IMG/VR virus record: IMGVR_UViG_3300045988_023202
Span: 1 to 36,441 of that record
Direction: 5' to 3' (one strand)
Source: a virus
Length of the DNA stretch: 36,441 nucleotides
Shown here: positions 25,220 through 33,633 of the stretch, piece by piece
How positions within the stretch are numbered: position 1 is the first letter of the stretch
Layout of the letters: every line of letters starts with the position of its first letter
Program-made: the position numbers and the translations under genes
The notes under the pieces: generated by a model
The model's input: only the letters and a program-made list of their open reading frames with translations
What the model was told of the DNA's origin: nothing
The model's database searches: none

Positions 25220-27079
25220 TTATCCCTCCTGTGTGATTAAACAAACTGCGTTCTCGCTAGTAACTGTATTCTCGATTCTTAACTGTCCTGTCCGCGCCAC
25301 TCCCGGGTTCGCTGTATTGAACGTTACTTTTATTATGCCCGATCCGGCTGTGCCCGATGTAGGTGAAACAGCCACCCAGCTAGGCGCGTCTACTAGGGTC
25401 CAGCTATCGACCGATTGATACGCAACGGATCTCACTTCTCCCCCAGCCTTGCCGCCCGAAATACGGAACGGGAATAAACCGATTGAAGTGGGTGTGCCAT
25501 CCTGATTAACGGTAACTACCGCTATCTCCTCGGTTTGGTCATTATAGAACGTTATTGTTCCGGTACGCGCACCATTACCCGAAGCATTGTCCGCGATCGT
25601 TAACGTTACAGTTGTTTCGCCGGGTGCCCCTTCTGATACGCTCGGTGTGATCCACGTATCACGCTGCGACACAGACCACGCGCCAACCGATGTAACGTCC
25701 ACGGTTACCGGATGCGTTAGATAGTCTACGTTAAACGTACTAGGGCTAGTAGATATATTGCCCGAAATCCCGGCTTGTGTAACGGCTATATTGTACGTAG
25801 TAGACCCCGCCTTGCTTTTCAATACGATATTACCCGATCTCGCCCCGCCTGCGTTGGCGGATACCGTTGCGGTGAGATTAGACGAACCCGCGTTCCCTGT
25901 GGGACTATCCACTGACATCCACGAAGGCGTACTCTGCACCTCCCATGCCGCGTTACTGTATATGCTGTTAGTAAGTCCTTCCGTATACGCCGGACCGACC
26001 GTCCACGGGTTGCGCTGCGCGCTAAACACGATAGACGGCGTAGGCGGGTTGTCCGGCGCTAACGGGAACACGTAATTATCTTGTAGTTCCGTTGTCTTGA
26101 ACCTTACTTGCTGCCTGTACGTCTTGGTACTGTTGGACCAGCGCGCACCCGTGTCGCCTGAAACTTCCGCCTTGAACCGTTTAGACTGGTATTGGTTTAT
26201 ACCTGGTATGTTCAACTCGAACACGACATTAGACGATACCAACAACTCCTGATACACATTATAGTATTCCTCGCCGTACTCTAGGTTTATAGTGATCTCC
26301 GCTTGTTCCGTCACGCCTCCGCGTCCTCGGATCGGTGTGAACTTGTTAGACCAGAAGTAGTCCTTGAACGCCGCCCAGAACCATTGCCCGTTGCGCATGT
26401 TCCATCTAGCGCGCAAAGCGCATTGAAGCCCCGTATCATAAACAACGTCTGACATTAGGCGGTCTTCGTAGTTAATCACTTGATCCAGCCCCGACCCCCA
26501 AACGTTCTTAATCGTCAACTTCTTAATGTATGTTATATCGATAGTATTTCCCAGCACGTAGGTAGTGGGGAAGATCGCCGAACTAGGCGCACCCGACACG
26601 GGTTCAACCTCAACGGAAAGCGCATCAGACGGGTGTATAACGTATGGGAAAAATATGTCTAACGTCTGCCCCGGTATACGCGGTTTTGGCGGTTGGGGAA
26701 GCGCGCCATCAACGCCTAGCGTATCCCAGTATGTGAGATCACAATGGAATACGGGAATAGTTATATAGTCGGTCGGGTCGGATACCCAGAACAATAACTC
26801 CTGTTGCATAAACCACGGCGTACCCTGCGACTTGTTACGGTCTGCGCGCTTAAGCAAAGGAGCGGCAAAGGATAGGTCTATGTTTGTCCCGTACTGCTTA
26901 TATGGCAAAGTTACTGTTTTAACCGCCGATCCGCTGTTCCTCACAGTAATATTAACAGGCTCGTTTAACCCCGTTGTCACCTTCGCCATTAGCGGGCGGG
27001 TAGCCCACACGGGTAACTGTCCGTCGTATGTTTGACCGTCGGTTAGTGTTACATCTGCTATCGGTATATATATGTTCAT
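25220..27079 (-). CDS. Tail protein with three C-terminal BACON-like domains
   Basis: Residues ~349-619 hold three repeats of about 88 aa. Each has the pattern W...(S/T)W(M/I/V)...(S/T)G.AG...(V/L)T....N....R.G.I......Q.G. Confidence 0.7.
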   Translation of the reverse strand: MNIYIPIADVTLTDGQTYDGQLPVWATRPLMAKVTTGLNEPVNITVRNSGSAVKTVTLPYKQYGTNIDLSFAAPLLKRADRNKSQGTPWFMQQELLFWVSDPTDYITIPVFHCDLTYWDTLGVDGALPQPPKPRIPGQTLDIFFPYVIHPSDALSVEVEPVSGAPSSAIFPTTYVLGNTIDITYIKKLTIKNVWGSGLDQVINYEDRLMSDVVYDTGLQCALRARWNMRNGQWFWAAFKDYFWSNKFTPIRGRGGVTEQAEITINLEYGEEYYNVYQELLVSSNVVFELNIPGINQYQSKRFKAEVSGDTGARWSNSTKTYRQQVRFKTTELQDNYVFPLAPDNPPTPSIVFSAQRNPWTVGPAYTEGLTNSIYSNAAWEVQSTPSWMSVDSPTGNAGSSNLTATVSANAGGARSGNIVLKSKAGSTTYNIAVTQAGISGNISTSPSTFNVDYLTHPVTVDVTSVGAWSVSQRDTWITPSVSEGAPGETTVTLTIADNASGNGARTGTITFYNDQTEEIAVVTVNQDGTPTSIGLFPFRISGGKAGGEVRSVAYQSVDSWTLVDAPSWVAVSPTSGTAGSGIIKVTFNTANPGVARTGQLRIENTVTSENAVCLITQEG

Positions 27080-27525
27080 TATTTAATATTTAAAGTGTCA
27101 ATAATAGCGTATCTGATTATGGTTACTATCTCGTTTTGCAACTTAAGCACCCTTGCAGGGTTGAGAACGTCCGACACCACGCCGCCAGGGTTGTGGCTGT
27201 TGGGCACTTTGATCCCTTCTTCACCGATTAGTTTCGCGATCGGATATGCCGCGCTTAACGGTATGTTCGCTCCCTGCTTGTTCTTGTCCTCGATCCATTT
27301 ACGGATGATCCACAACGGCGGGCGTTTGCCCACAGCGCGTCCGCCTTCCATAGCGCCTACATAACGCGGCGCGGTTATCTTAGCATTGTTGCCGCCTACA
27401 ACCAACTTTAACTCCTTGGCGAAGTTACCGGAAGCCATCAGCCCTTTAGCCTTGTAAGACGCTTCTATGTCGTCCCGTAGCTTGGTTAGCAGCACCTCTA
27501 TTTCCAGTATCGCGTTACGTGCCAT
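27079..27525 (-). CDS. Hypothetical virion protein
   Basis: 148-aa ORF with TAATG coupling on both sides. Confidence 0.45.
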   Translation of the reverse strand: MARNAILEIEVLLTKLRDDIEASYKAKGLMASGNFAKELKLVVGGNNAKITAPRYVGAMEGGRAVGKRPPLWIIRKWIEDKNKQGANIPLSAAYPIAKLIGEEGIKVPNSHNPGGVVSDVLNPARVLKLQNEIVTIIRYAIIDTLNIK

Positions 27526-27923
27526 TATTCAGATAGATTTAGTGTTATCTCCCAGCCCGATTTGGGACTGTCGTAAATGTTTTGGCGCTTGATTACCGCC
27601 GCGCCTTCCGACACGTACAGGCAAACCGCCTTCTTTGCTATGTCAGTTATAACGGTGAACGTCCTATCCAGTACGTCGATCTCGGACGAGCTGTCAGTTT
27701 CGTAGTGCGAAGTCCCCAGTACCTGGATAAGCACGGTGATTGAGAACTCCTCGGCGGCGTAGTCGTTATAGTCCTGCCTACCGCCCGGAACGTCAACAAA
27801 GATAAAATCACCCGTTATATCGTTTGCCAGCCGATTACGTGTGGCTTCATCTCCGAAGAATACGGGAAGCGCGTGTTGCGCCCCCCATGTTCCAACCTGG
27901 TCTAGTATCCCTTTAAAGGTCAT
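27525..27923 (-). CDS. Hypothetical virion protein
   Basis: 132-aa ORF coupled to its neighbours. Confidence 0.45.
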   Translation of the reverse strand: MTFKGILDQVGTWGAQHALPVFFGDEATRNRLANDITGDFIFVDVPGGRQDYNDYAAEEFSITVLIQVLGTSHYETDSSSEIDVLDRTFTVITDIAKKAVCLYVSEGAAVIKRQNIYDSPKSGWEITLNLSE

Positions 27924-30324
27924 ATTTTGATTTTACGTTATTATCATATTCCGGCTCGTTTACATCTGTAATGGTCCGTTTGCCTATCCACGTTTTTATT
28001 ACGTTACCCTTGTAATTACCCGCTAGCGTAATAGCCCCGATAACGGTTGTGTCTGCCTCGATACTGGCGTTGTCCTTCATTGTGAGCACGCCGCGGCAAG
28101 CCGATGTTATCTGCCCGGTTGCCGTAACTTTTGAGTTACCGTACATAACCACACCCGAACGTGTATTAGCTTTTCCTTCTATAACGGCATTGTTCCCCAT
28201 GATGAACGAAAGGCTCGTAATTGGTACAGTCGATGACCCGATAAACTTTGCGTTGCCCTCCATGTGAACAAGTGCACACGCCCCGGTTAATGCTATTGGC
28301 GCGAATACCGCGTTGTCCTTCATGTGCACCGTTCCGGTAGCATCAAGGGCCGCCCATACCGCGGGATTATAGTACACTACGGAATTATCACCGAAATAGC
28401 CAGTTCCAACTACGCCAGCATTGACGAGTATAGCGTTATCCTCTACGCGGATACTACCTTTCATGTTAACCGCCGTTGCGCCTGTGTTCACGATCTTACA
28501 ACCGTTGTACACCGTTATGGTTACGCCTGCAAGGTCTTCGGGTGTGATCAGGCCATCGCCTGATTTTCTAAACAACAAATATACATAGATGTCTTTTAGC
28601 TGCGCCGGTAGGGGTTCTATTACCCCTGTGGCATACCCTCCGCCTGTTGACATAATTTTCCCGTTAACGTCTGTGAAATACCTCACACATTCGATCCCTG
28701 CTGGGCAAATTAGGCGGAAACCCACAGAGCCATTAACACGGAACGGAAGCGGCACGCACGCACGGTTTGCATTTGCCACTACTCCCGTAACTGTTTCGCC
28801 GATTGTCGTAGCGTTAAACGCCCCTTGAACCGCCCTAGGCGCGACGTCCAGAACCTGTGCCAGTGGATGGCTACGTGCTTTGTTACCGAACACGTTCGTA
28901 CCTGCTATGTCGAACCAGCCGTTTATATAGGCATCCTTGTAGATGGTTGTATTATACGACGGGTCTGGGGAATCCGCGGCAAATCGGAGATTTGAAACAC
29001 TATCGTAGCTCTCAACCAGCGCCCCCCAAAGTTTAGTGTCCATGCGGTACACGCGGTACATTCCTTCAACCTCTGAACTAACTAAAACAACCTGTGTTGT
29101 CGGTCCGAGACGCTTTCCAAGGCTATCCACAGTAGTGGAAAAGTCCACATCCGTATAAATGTTCTTAATCTGTGCGTGGTGGTAGAACAAGCCGTTCGGG
29201 ACATTACAACCTTGGAAGATGAAAGGCATGTTAGCCGCTTGCGCTGCCACCATTCCCGGAAAGATCGTAGACGATACGGCGAAGTTATCGCAGTCCGTGG
29301 CTTGGATAACTCCACGACTGCTAACGCTTGCATCCCCTGTAACGCTCCCCGAAAATGCCAGGTTCTTAACGCCGCGGTATATGCCGGGGATAGCGGGTGC
29401 CGTTTCTACCGACGCGTCTATAACGGCGTTAGTGTTTATAAATTCAGCCATTAATGTGATGGTTCTGTTAGTTGTAGCATGCACCGTCATAGATACCTTC
29501 GAATTCTGTATAACGCTGTCGGGGTACTTCACGCCGGGTGCCATTGTATAAGTCCCGCCGGGACTTAATGTGAGTATTCCCGTGCTAGTCGCCGGGTTGA
29601 TCTCCACACGTGAATCAATGATGGAAAGTTTAGTTTCATAGGTACCCGTAAAGGTAACAGCCGCGGCTGCCGCGTCTGCCGGGACTATCGCACCCGTCGG
29701 TTCCTTTCGCAGGCGGATAAAGAAGTATTGCCCTGCGGGTACTGTAAACGAAACACCCGCACCCGTTACAATCTGTGACGATGCCGCGCCTGTCGTAATT
29801 CCGTCCGCGTCCGTTGTGTACCATGTCACCGCGTACCCCTCTACGGCACATTTCACCGTTACAGGAACGCCGCCCGAAAACATAAGGGCTTTAGATCGTA
29901 TGTAACTATCGCTGGTAGCCTTAATAGTTTCCCAGTTGACGCCCGCGGCATAATTAAAGCCGCCTTGTTCGAAGTCATCCGCCGTCAGTACTACGGCGTC
30001 CGCCGTTGTCTGTCTCGATGCGAACTGTAATTTGCTACCGACTACAACGCTGGACCCTAGAATATCTACGTTAGGCGCACCCGCGGTGCTTAGTGCCGCT
30101 TCGCCTACGTCCACGATCGAATCCCCGCCGATGCGTGCACCGGGAAAGCCAAAGTTGCCCCTAAACAGCCAGCAAGCGCCGTCCTGTGATAATGTTTTCT
30201 CGTCGTACACGATACCGCCCACGTCGCCAATATTGACGTAACGGCCGCCTACCGCCCACGAACGAAGGGCGCGTACTCTCCTGTCGCTCCCCACTGTAAT
30301 AATCTCATACTTTTTTAAACCCAT
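27913..30324 (-). CDS. Tail fibre/tailspike-like beta-helix protein
   Basis: 803 aa. C-terminal periodic motifs (MKDNAVF, MEGNAKF, MGNNAVI, MYGNSKV, MKDNASI) recur about every 20-25 residues. The N-terminus has a YEII...RVRALRS...GDVGG...LSQDGACW pattern. Confidence 0.55.
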   Translation of the reverse strand: MGLKKYEIITVGSDRRVRALRSWAVGGRYVNIGDVGGIVYDEKTLSQDGACWLFRGNFGFPGARIGGDSIVDVGEAALSTAGAPNVDILGSSVVVGSKLQFASRQTTADAVVLTADDFEQGGFNYAAGVNWETIKATSDSYIRSKALMFSGGVPVTVKCAVEGYAVTWYTTDADGITTGAASSQIVTGAGVSFTVPAGQYFFIRLRKEPTGAIVPADAAAAAVTFTGTYETKLSIIDSRVEINPATSTGILTLSPGGTYTMAPGVKYPDSVIQNSKVSMTVHATTNRTITLMAEFINTNAVIDASVETAPAIPGIYRGVKNLAFSGSVTGDASVSSRGVIQATDCDNFAVSSTIFPGMVAAQAANMPFIFQGCNVPNGLFYHHAQIKNIYTDVDFSTTVDSLGKRLGPTTQVVLVSSEVEGMYRVYRMDTKLWGALVESYDSVSNLRFAADSPDPSYNTTIYKDAYINGWFDIAGTNVFGNKARSHPLAQVLDVAPRAVQGAFNATTIGETVTGVVANANRACVPLPFRVNGSVGFRLICPAGIECVRYFTDVNGKIMSTGGGYATGVIEPLPAQLKDIYVYLLFRKSGDGLITPEDLAGVTITVYNGCKIVNTGATAVNMKGSIRVEDNAILVNAGVVGTGYFGDNSVVYYNPAVWAALDATGTVHMKDNAVFAPIALTGACALVHMEGNAKFIGSSTVPITSLSFIMGNNAVIEGKANTRSGVVMYGNSKVTATGQITSACRGVLTMKDNASIEADTTVIGAITLAGNYKGNVIKTWIGKRTITDVNEPEYDNNVKSKYDL

Positions 30325-30328
30325 AACG

Positions 30329-31009
30329 TTATGATTTATAATGTTTCTTCATCTCTGCCTTTTGTTTCTCGTTCTCCTCGTGCCGCTTCGAAAGCGCCAG
30401 CATCGCGTCCAGATAGTTGATCCGCTTTGCGTCCTCGAACGAACAAGCGAACAATTCCGCCGTAGCCTGTACGAGTGTCAGCACGTTCTTCGCTTCTTTG
30501 ATCGGATCGTCTTCCGGCGTGCTCCCTGCGTCGAAAGGGAACAAGCGTTTCTCCAGTCCGTCCGCCGTCTCGATCTGTTCTTTTATGTACTTCGTCGCAC
30601 AAAGCAAATGGTAGACGTTATCCGGCGCATACTCCGCGGGCTTGTGCTCGACAGGCGTGCACCACTTCGTTACTTTCTCCGTTGCCGTCTCACTTCTCCT
30701 AGCCTCGATAACCTGCCATAGTGTTACGTCCTCGATACGGGGTATACGGTATACCAGCTTGCCGTTTTTTACAATAAAAGGGTCGGCCTTAGCGTACCCT
30801 GCCACCGCGTTTAATGTCGCTGCTTGGTCAGAAGTTAGGCCGCCCTTGTAATTCGGATGCAAGTTACAAATATATTCTAATTGTTTGCGGTTGTAATACC
30901 CACAAATTTTCCACCATAAGCGACGGAATACGTTTTTAATCTTTCCCCGCCAGTTGGTTTGCTCTTGCAGTATCAACCACTCCACGCCATAAAACGCTGT
31001 TTTACTCAT
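30329..31009 (-). CDS. Hypothetical protein (ATG at 31009 preferred over the track's TTG at 31015)
   Basis: 226-aa ORF. The other ORFs overlapping this interval look like artefacts of stop-poor local sequence. Confidence 0.5.
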   Translation of the reverse strand: MSKTAFYGVEWLILQEQTNWRGKIKNVFRRLWWKICGYYNRKQLEYICNLHPNYKGGLTSDQAATLNAVAGYAKADPFIVKNGKLVYRIPRIEDVTLWQVIEARRSETATEKVTKWCTPVEHKPAEYAPDNVYHLLCATKYIKEQIETADGLEKRLFPFDAGSTPEDDPIKEAKNVLTLVQATAELFACSFEDAKRINYLDAMLALSKRHEENEKQKAEMKKHYKS

Positions 31010-31160
31010 ATTCAATCAGTTCTAGTTCTTCGTAATAATACCACTCTTCAACGCCCGATCCGTCCCACTGTACGACCACGCCTAACACGTCGGTCTCCGT
31101 AACCGTCCCGGTGTTCCCGGCATAATCGTATTTAATGCGTACTCGGTCGTCTACTCTCAT
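31002..31160 (-). CDS. Possible 52-aa protein (MRVDDRVRIKYDYAGNTGTVTETDVLGVVVQWDGSGVEEWYYYEELELIEYE)
   Basis: Hand-translated. It fills the gap between TerL and the next gene and overlaps the downstream start by 8 nt. Confidence 0.45.
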   Translation of the reverse strand: MRVDDRVRIKYDYAGNTGTVTETDVLGVVVQWDGSGVEEWYYYEELELIEYE

Positions 31161-31169
31161 GCTGCAAAT

Positions 31170-32342
31170 CTAATCATTATTTGCGTATCTCGGGCGGTAT
31201 TTACGTATAAGATAGTCAACGCCATAACGTACTGCGTCCAATGCGTGGTTGTATGCGTCTACCGGCTCGTTGGTGTACGTGTCGGTCAGGTTGTCCTTGA
31301 CGTAGGTATAATTGTCCGCCTCGTCCAGTACGTTAGTGCTCCGTTTCGTTACGAACAGGTTGAACTGCTTAACCTGCTGGATTCCCGCCCTGATTGATCC
31401 TTTCCCTTTGATGCAGGGGATCGTGTTACATCCTAGCCCGCGTAGCTCTATGATAGACTTCTGCTCCGCGTTGTCGCATACCGTAATCGTGCGGTCCAGC
31501 CTTTCCGCCTTAAGACGCTCGGCGATCGTGCGGTTTAACATCTTCGTCTCGTAGCATACTTCGTCTATATACAGGTTCATCCCTCGCATGTATATTTTGA
31601 CAATAGCGGTCGGGTCGTTCTGAAAGCCGAAATCAAGCCCTGTGACGAACTTAACGTCCTCACCCGTTAAATCCTCCGGGAGATTGTCGATCGTCTCAAT
31701 TTGGGGATATACGAGCCCTTCCAGCCCGCCAGTCAGCCCTTCACCGTAGACGCGCCACCAATTAGCGTCCTTGGCGTTCCGCTCTATGGCTTCTACCTGC
31801 TGCCTGGACAAGTACGGGTTGTCCTTGTATGTCGAGTGGATCGTTACGTACTTGTCGCCTGTGAAGTCCGTCTCGCCCCAGAAGCGCCGCACCGGGTTAA
31901 AGTCAATGATAACCTTAATCGTAGTACGTACGTCCAACTGCCTGAATATCTCGCGGGGCACACGCTGCGCCTCGTTGATAAAAAGGATGTCACGCGCCGG
32001 GCCATGAACCTTTGACGCGTTGTCACACCCGAAGAACTCGATGCAGACCCCCGGCTTCACCGTGTAGATCAGATCGGACTTGTTAAGCGCGTTGTCGTCC
32101 CACACCCCTTCGTCCAGCAGCATGTTCTGGAAGTCACGGAACATACCGCGCTTGACCGCTGGGAGCGTGTCGGTAACACACGAGATCATAAGAGGTTCGG
32201 TGCTTTCGTTAGCGACCAAATAGAGGAGCTGTAACACACTCCACGTCTTAGAGGAACGTGTACCCCCCTTGCTCGCTATACCTCTTATATAGGGGTCGCA
32301 AAACGGTCCTATCATCTTATTGAATACGTAGGTGCAATTCAT
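31170..32342 (-). CDS. terL: Terminase large subunit
   Basis: Walker A is KGGTRSSKT and Walker B is ILFINEA. The nuclease acidic residues lie in GLDFGF, CDNAEQ and HALDAVRY. Confidence 0.9.
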   Translation of the reverse strand: MNCTYVFNKMIGPFCDPYIRGIASKGGTRSSKTWSVLQLLYLVANESTEPLMISCVTDTLPAVKRGMFRDFQNMLLDEGVWDDNALNKSDLIYTVKPGVCIEFFGCDNASKVHGPARDILFINEAQRVPREIFRQLDVRTTIKVIIDFNPVRRFWGETDFTGDKYVTIHSTYKDNPYLSRQQVEAIERNAKDANWWRVYGEGLTGGLEGLVYPQIETIDNLPEDLTGEDVKFVTGLDFGFQNDPTAIVKIYMRGMNLYIDEVCYETKMLNRTIAERLKAERLDRTITVCDNAEQKSIIELRGLGCNTIPCIKGKGSIRAGIQQVKQFNLFVTKRSTNVLDEADNYTYVKDNLTDTYTNEPVDAYNHALDAVRYGVDYLIRKYRPRYANND

Positions 32343-33031
32343 TATTTCTCCTCCTCCTTGTGATCCTTTTTAAAGTTCTTAATCGAGCTAACCTTCGCAC
32401 GCACTTTCGGATCGGTTACGTTGACCGTCAAGCCGCCCTTGATGGCTTCGCCGTTAGAAGTGTAGTCCATCTGCGTTTTAATGCCGCGTAGGGCACGAAC
32501 GTAGTTGGCGTCGAACTGTCCCACCGTCGCGCCCTGATCGAGGTCCTGCGCGATCGCTTCGCGTATCCTGTCGATCACTTCGATAAAGTCCGCGCATACC
32601 GTCAGATCGAACTCCTTGAGGTTCTCGGCGTAGGTGGCGCGGCGGGTGCGCAAATAGTTGACGCTAGCGCCCAGGAACATGCAGAACTCATTCTCCGATT
32701 GAAGGTGCTTCTTTGGCACTTCATAGAGCGTTCCAGCCATGTTGCCGGACTTTACCGCCTCTTGCGTTATAACCGGCGTAGCCTCGCACCACGCCGAGTA
32801 AATCGCGTATGCCTCCCACAGTTCCTTGGGTTCTTGCCAGATAGGCGTCATACCGTAATGCGCCGTAGCAAGCTGGTAGCACTTGGAGTAATTGAACGAA
32901 TCCGCCAAATACTTGGTAGTCGCGTATGTGGGAGCCAAATGGAAGTGCGCGTAATCCGGTCTAACCTTCTCGGGCTTTGGCAGCTGTACCGCCTCCTTCG
33001 TTTCTATTATTTCTTTCTTCTTTATAGCCAT
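32342..33031 (-). CDS. terS: Putative terminase small subunit
   Basis: Directly upstream of TerL with TAATG coupling. The segment FCMFLGASVNYLRTRR...DFIEVIDRIREAI resembles small-terminase DNA-binding regions. Confidence 0.55.
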   Translation of the reverse strand: MAIKKKEIIETKEAVQLPKPEKVRPDYAHFHLAPTYATTKYLADSFNYSKCYQLATAHYGMTPIWQEPKELWEAYAIYSAWCEATPVITQEAVKSGNMAGTLYEVPKKHLQSENEFCMFLGASVNYLRTRRATYAENLKEFDLTVCADFIEVIDRIREAIAQDLDQGATVGQFDANYVRALRGIKTQMDYTSNGEAIKGGLTVNVTDPKVRAKVSSIKNFKKDHKEEEK

Positions 33032-33053
33032 ATAATTTTTATTTACAACTCTA

Positions 33054-33061
33054 CAAAATTA
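33054..33061 (-). promoter_or_regulatory. -7 box TAATTTTG of the probable late-unit promoter
   Basis: Perfect TAnnTTTG match 22 nt upstream of the terS ATG. There is no well-spaced -33 TTTG. Confidence 0.5.
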
Positions 33062-33103
33062 CGCTTTTTCCGCCCAAATCGCCGTCTTTACACCTACCAA
33101 AAC

Positions 33104-33161
33104 CATCATTACACTCCGAAAACCCGATGAACAGGGCGTTTCAGCCCGAGTGGTAATGATG
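33104..33161. promoter_or_regulatory. Inverted repeat CATCATTAC(-)ACTC ... GAGTGGTAATGATG (13-bp stem with one bulge)
   Basis: Read directly from the sequence. The 31-nt interior contains a second small hairpin, GGGC-N6-GCCC. It lies 45-105 nt upstream of the late -7 box. Confidence 0.55.
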
Positions 33162-33326
33162 AAATGATAAAAATGGGTTTCCCCTATATATTATATTTAA
33201 ATATTTCTATAATTTCATTAACCTTCAATAACAATAGTATAATATAGTTAATATATATATTACTTATTAATATGTATTCCACTAGTATATATCTTTATAT
33301 CTATTACATATATACTATATTACAAT

Positions 33327-33392
33327 ATAAAGTGCTATAAATAAGCAAGTTAAGTGAGAAAGATACAAATTTTAACCAATTACATCAAAAAC
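33327..33392. repeat. Conserved non-coding element, copy B (paralog of 13621-13687)
   Basis: See copy A. An AT-rich tract at 33185-33326 precedes it on the plus strand. Confidence 0.8.
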
Positions 33393-33429
33393 TTGAAAAA
33401 TGCGTTCTGCGTCCTGTGGGGCTGGTCAG

Positions 33430-33477
33430 GTGTAAAACCTGAAATGGTAAGGTAAAAGAGGTTTTCACTACTTTTTT
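33430..33477 (+). terminator. Intrinsic-terminator-like hairpin oriented on the plus strand
   Basis: GTG(T)AAAACCT-18 nt loop-AGGTTTTCAC followed by TACTTTTTTG on the plus strand. The minus-strand version has no U-tract. Confidence 0.4.
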
Positions 33478-33481
33478 GTCA

Positions 33482-33502
33482 AAAACACGCTTTTTAGTTA
33501 AA
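33482..33502. repeat. 21-bp direct repeat AAAACACGCTTTTTAGTTAAA, copy 1 (copy 2 at 33608-33628)
   Basis: The two copies are identical and 126 bp apart. Confidence 0.9.
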
Positions 33503-33574
33503 ATACCGTTAAAATCAAGCTTTCTCTCTAAAAAGTTTTCTCTCACAAAGTTTTTTGCGAAGTGCGTTAAATTT

Positions 33575-33628
33575 TTTAACTAAAAGTCGTGTTAACGTTT
33601 TTACACGAAAACACGCTTTTTAGTTAAA
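33575..33628. repeat. 54-bp imperfect palindrome whose right arm is copy 2 of the 21-bp repeat
   Basis: TTTAACTAAAAG-T-CGTGTT-AA-CGT / loop TTTTAC / ACG-AA-AACACG-CTTTTTAGTTAAA. It begins 6 nt after the stop of the gene at 33634-34173. Confidence 0.8.
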
Positions 33629-33633
33629 TCCGT

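Noticed and set aside
30336-30602. 88-aa minus-strand ORF nested in the gene at 30329-31009, plus other nested minus-strand ORFs such as 863-1129, 6410-6601, 16067-16264, 19484-19669, 22334-22606, 29082-29333, 29636-29851 and 31844-32026
   Set aside because: They are out-of-frame ORFs inside longer, motif-supported or better-packed genes. Their products are Arg-rich and low-complexity.
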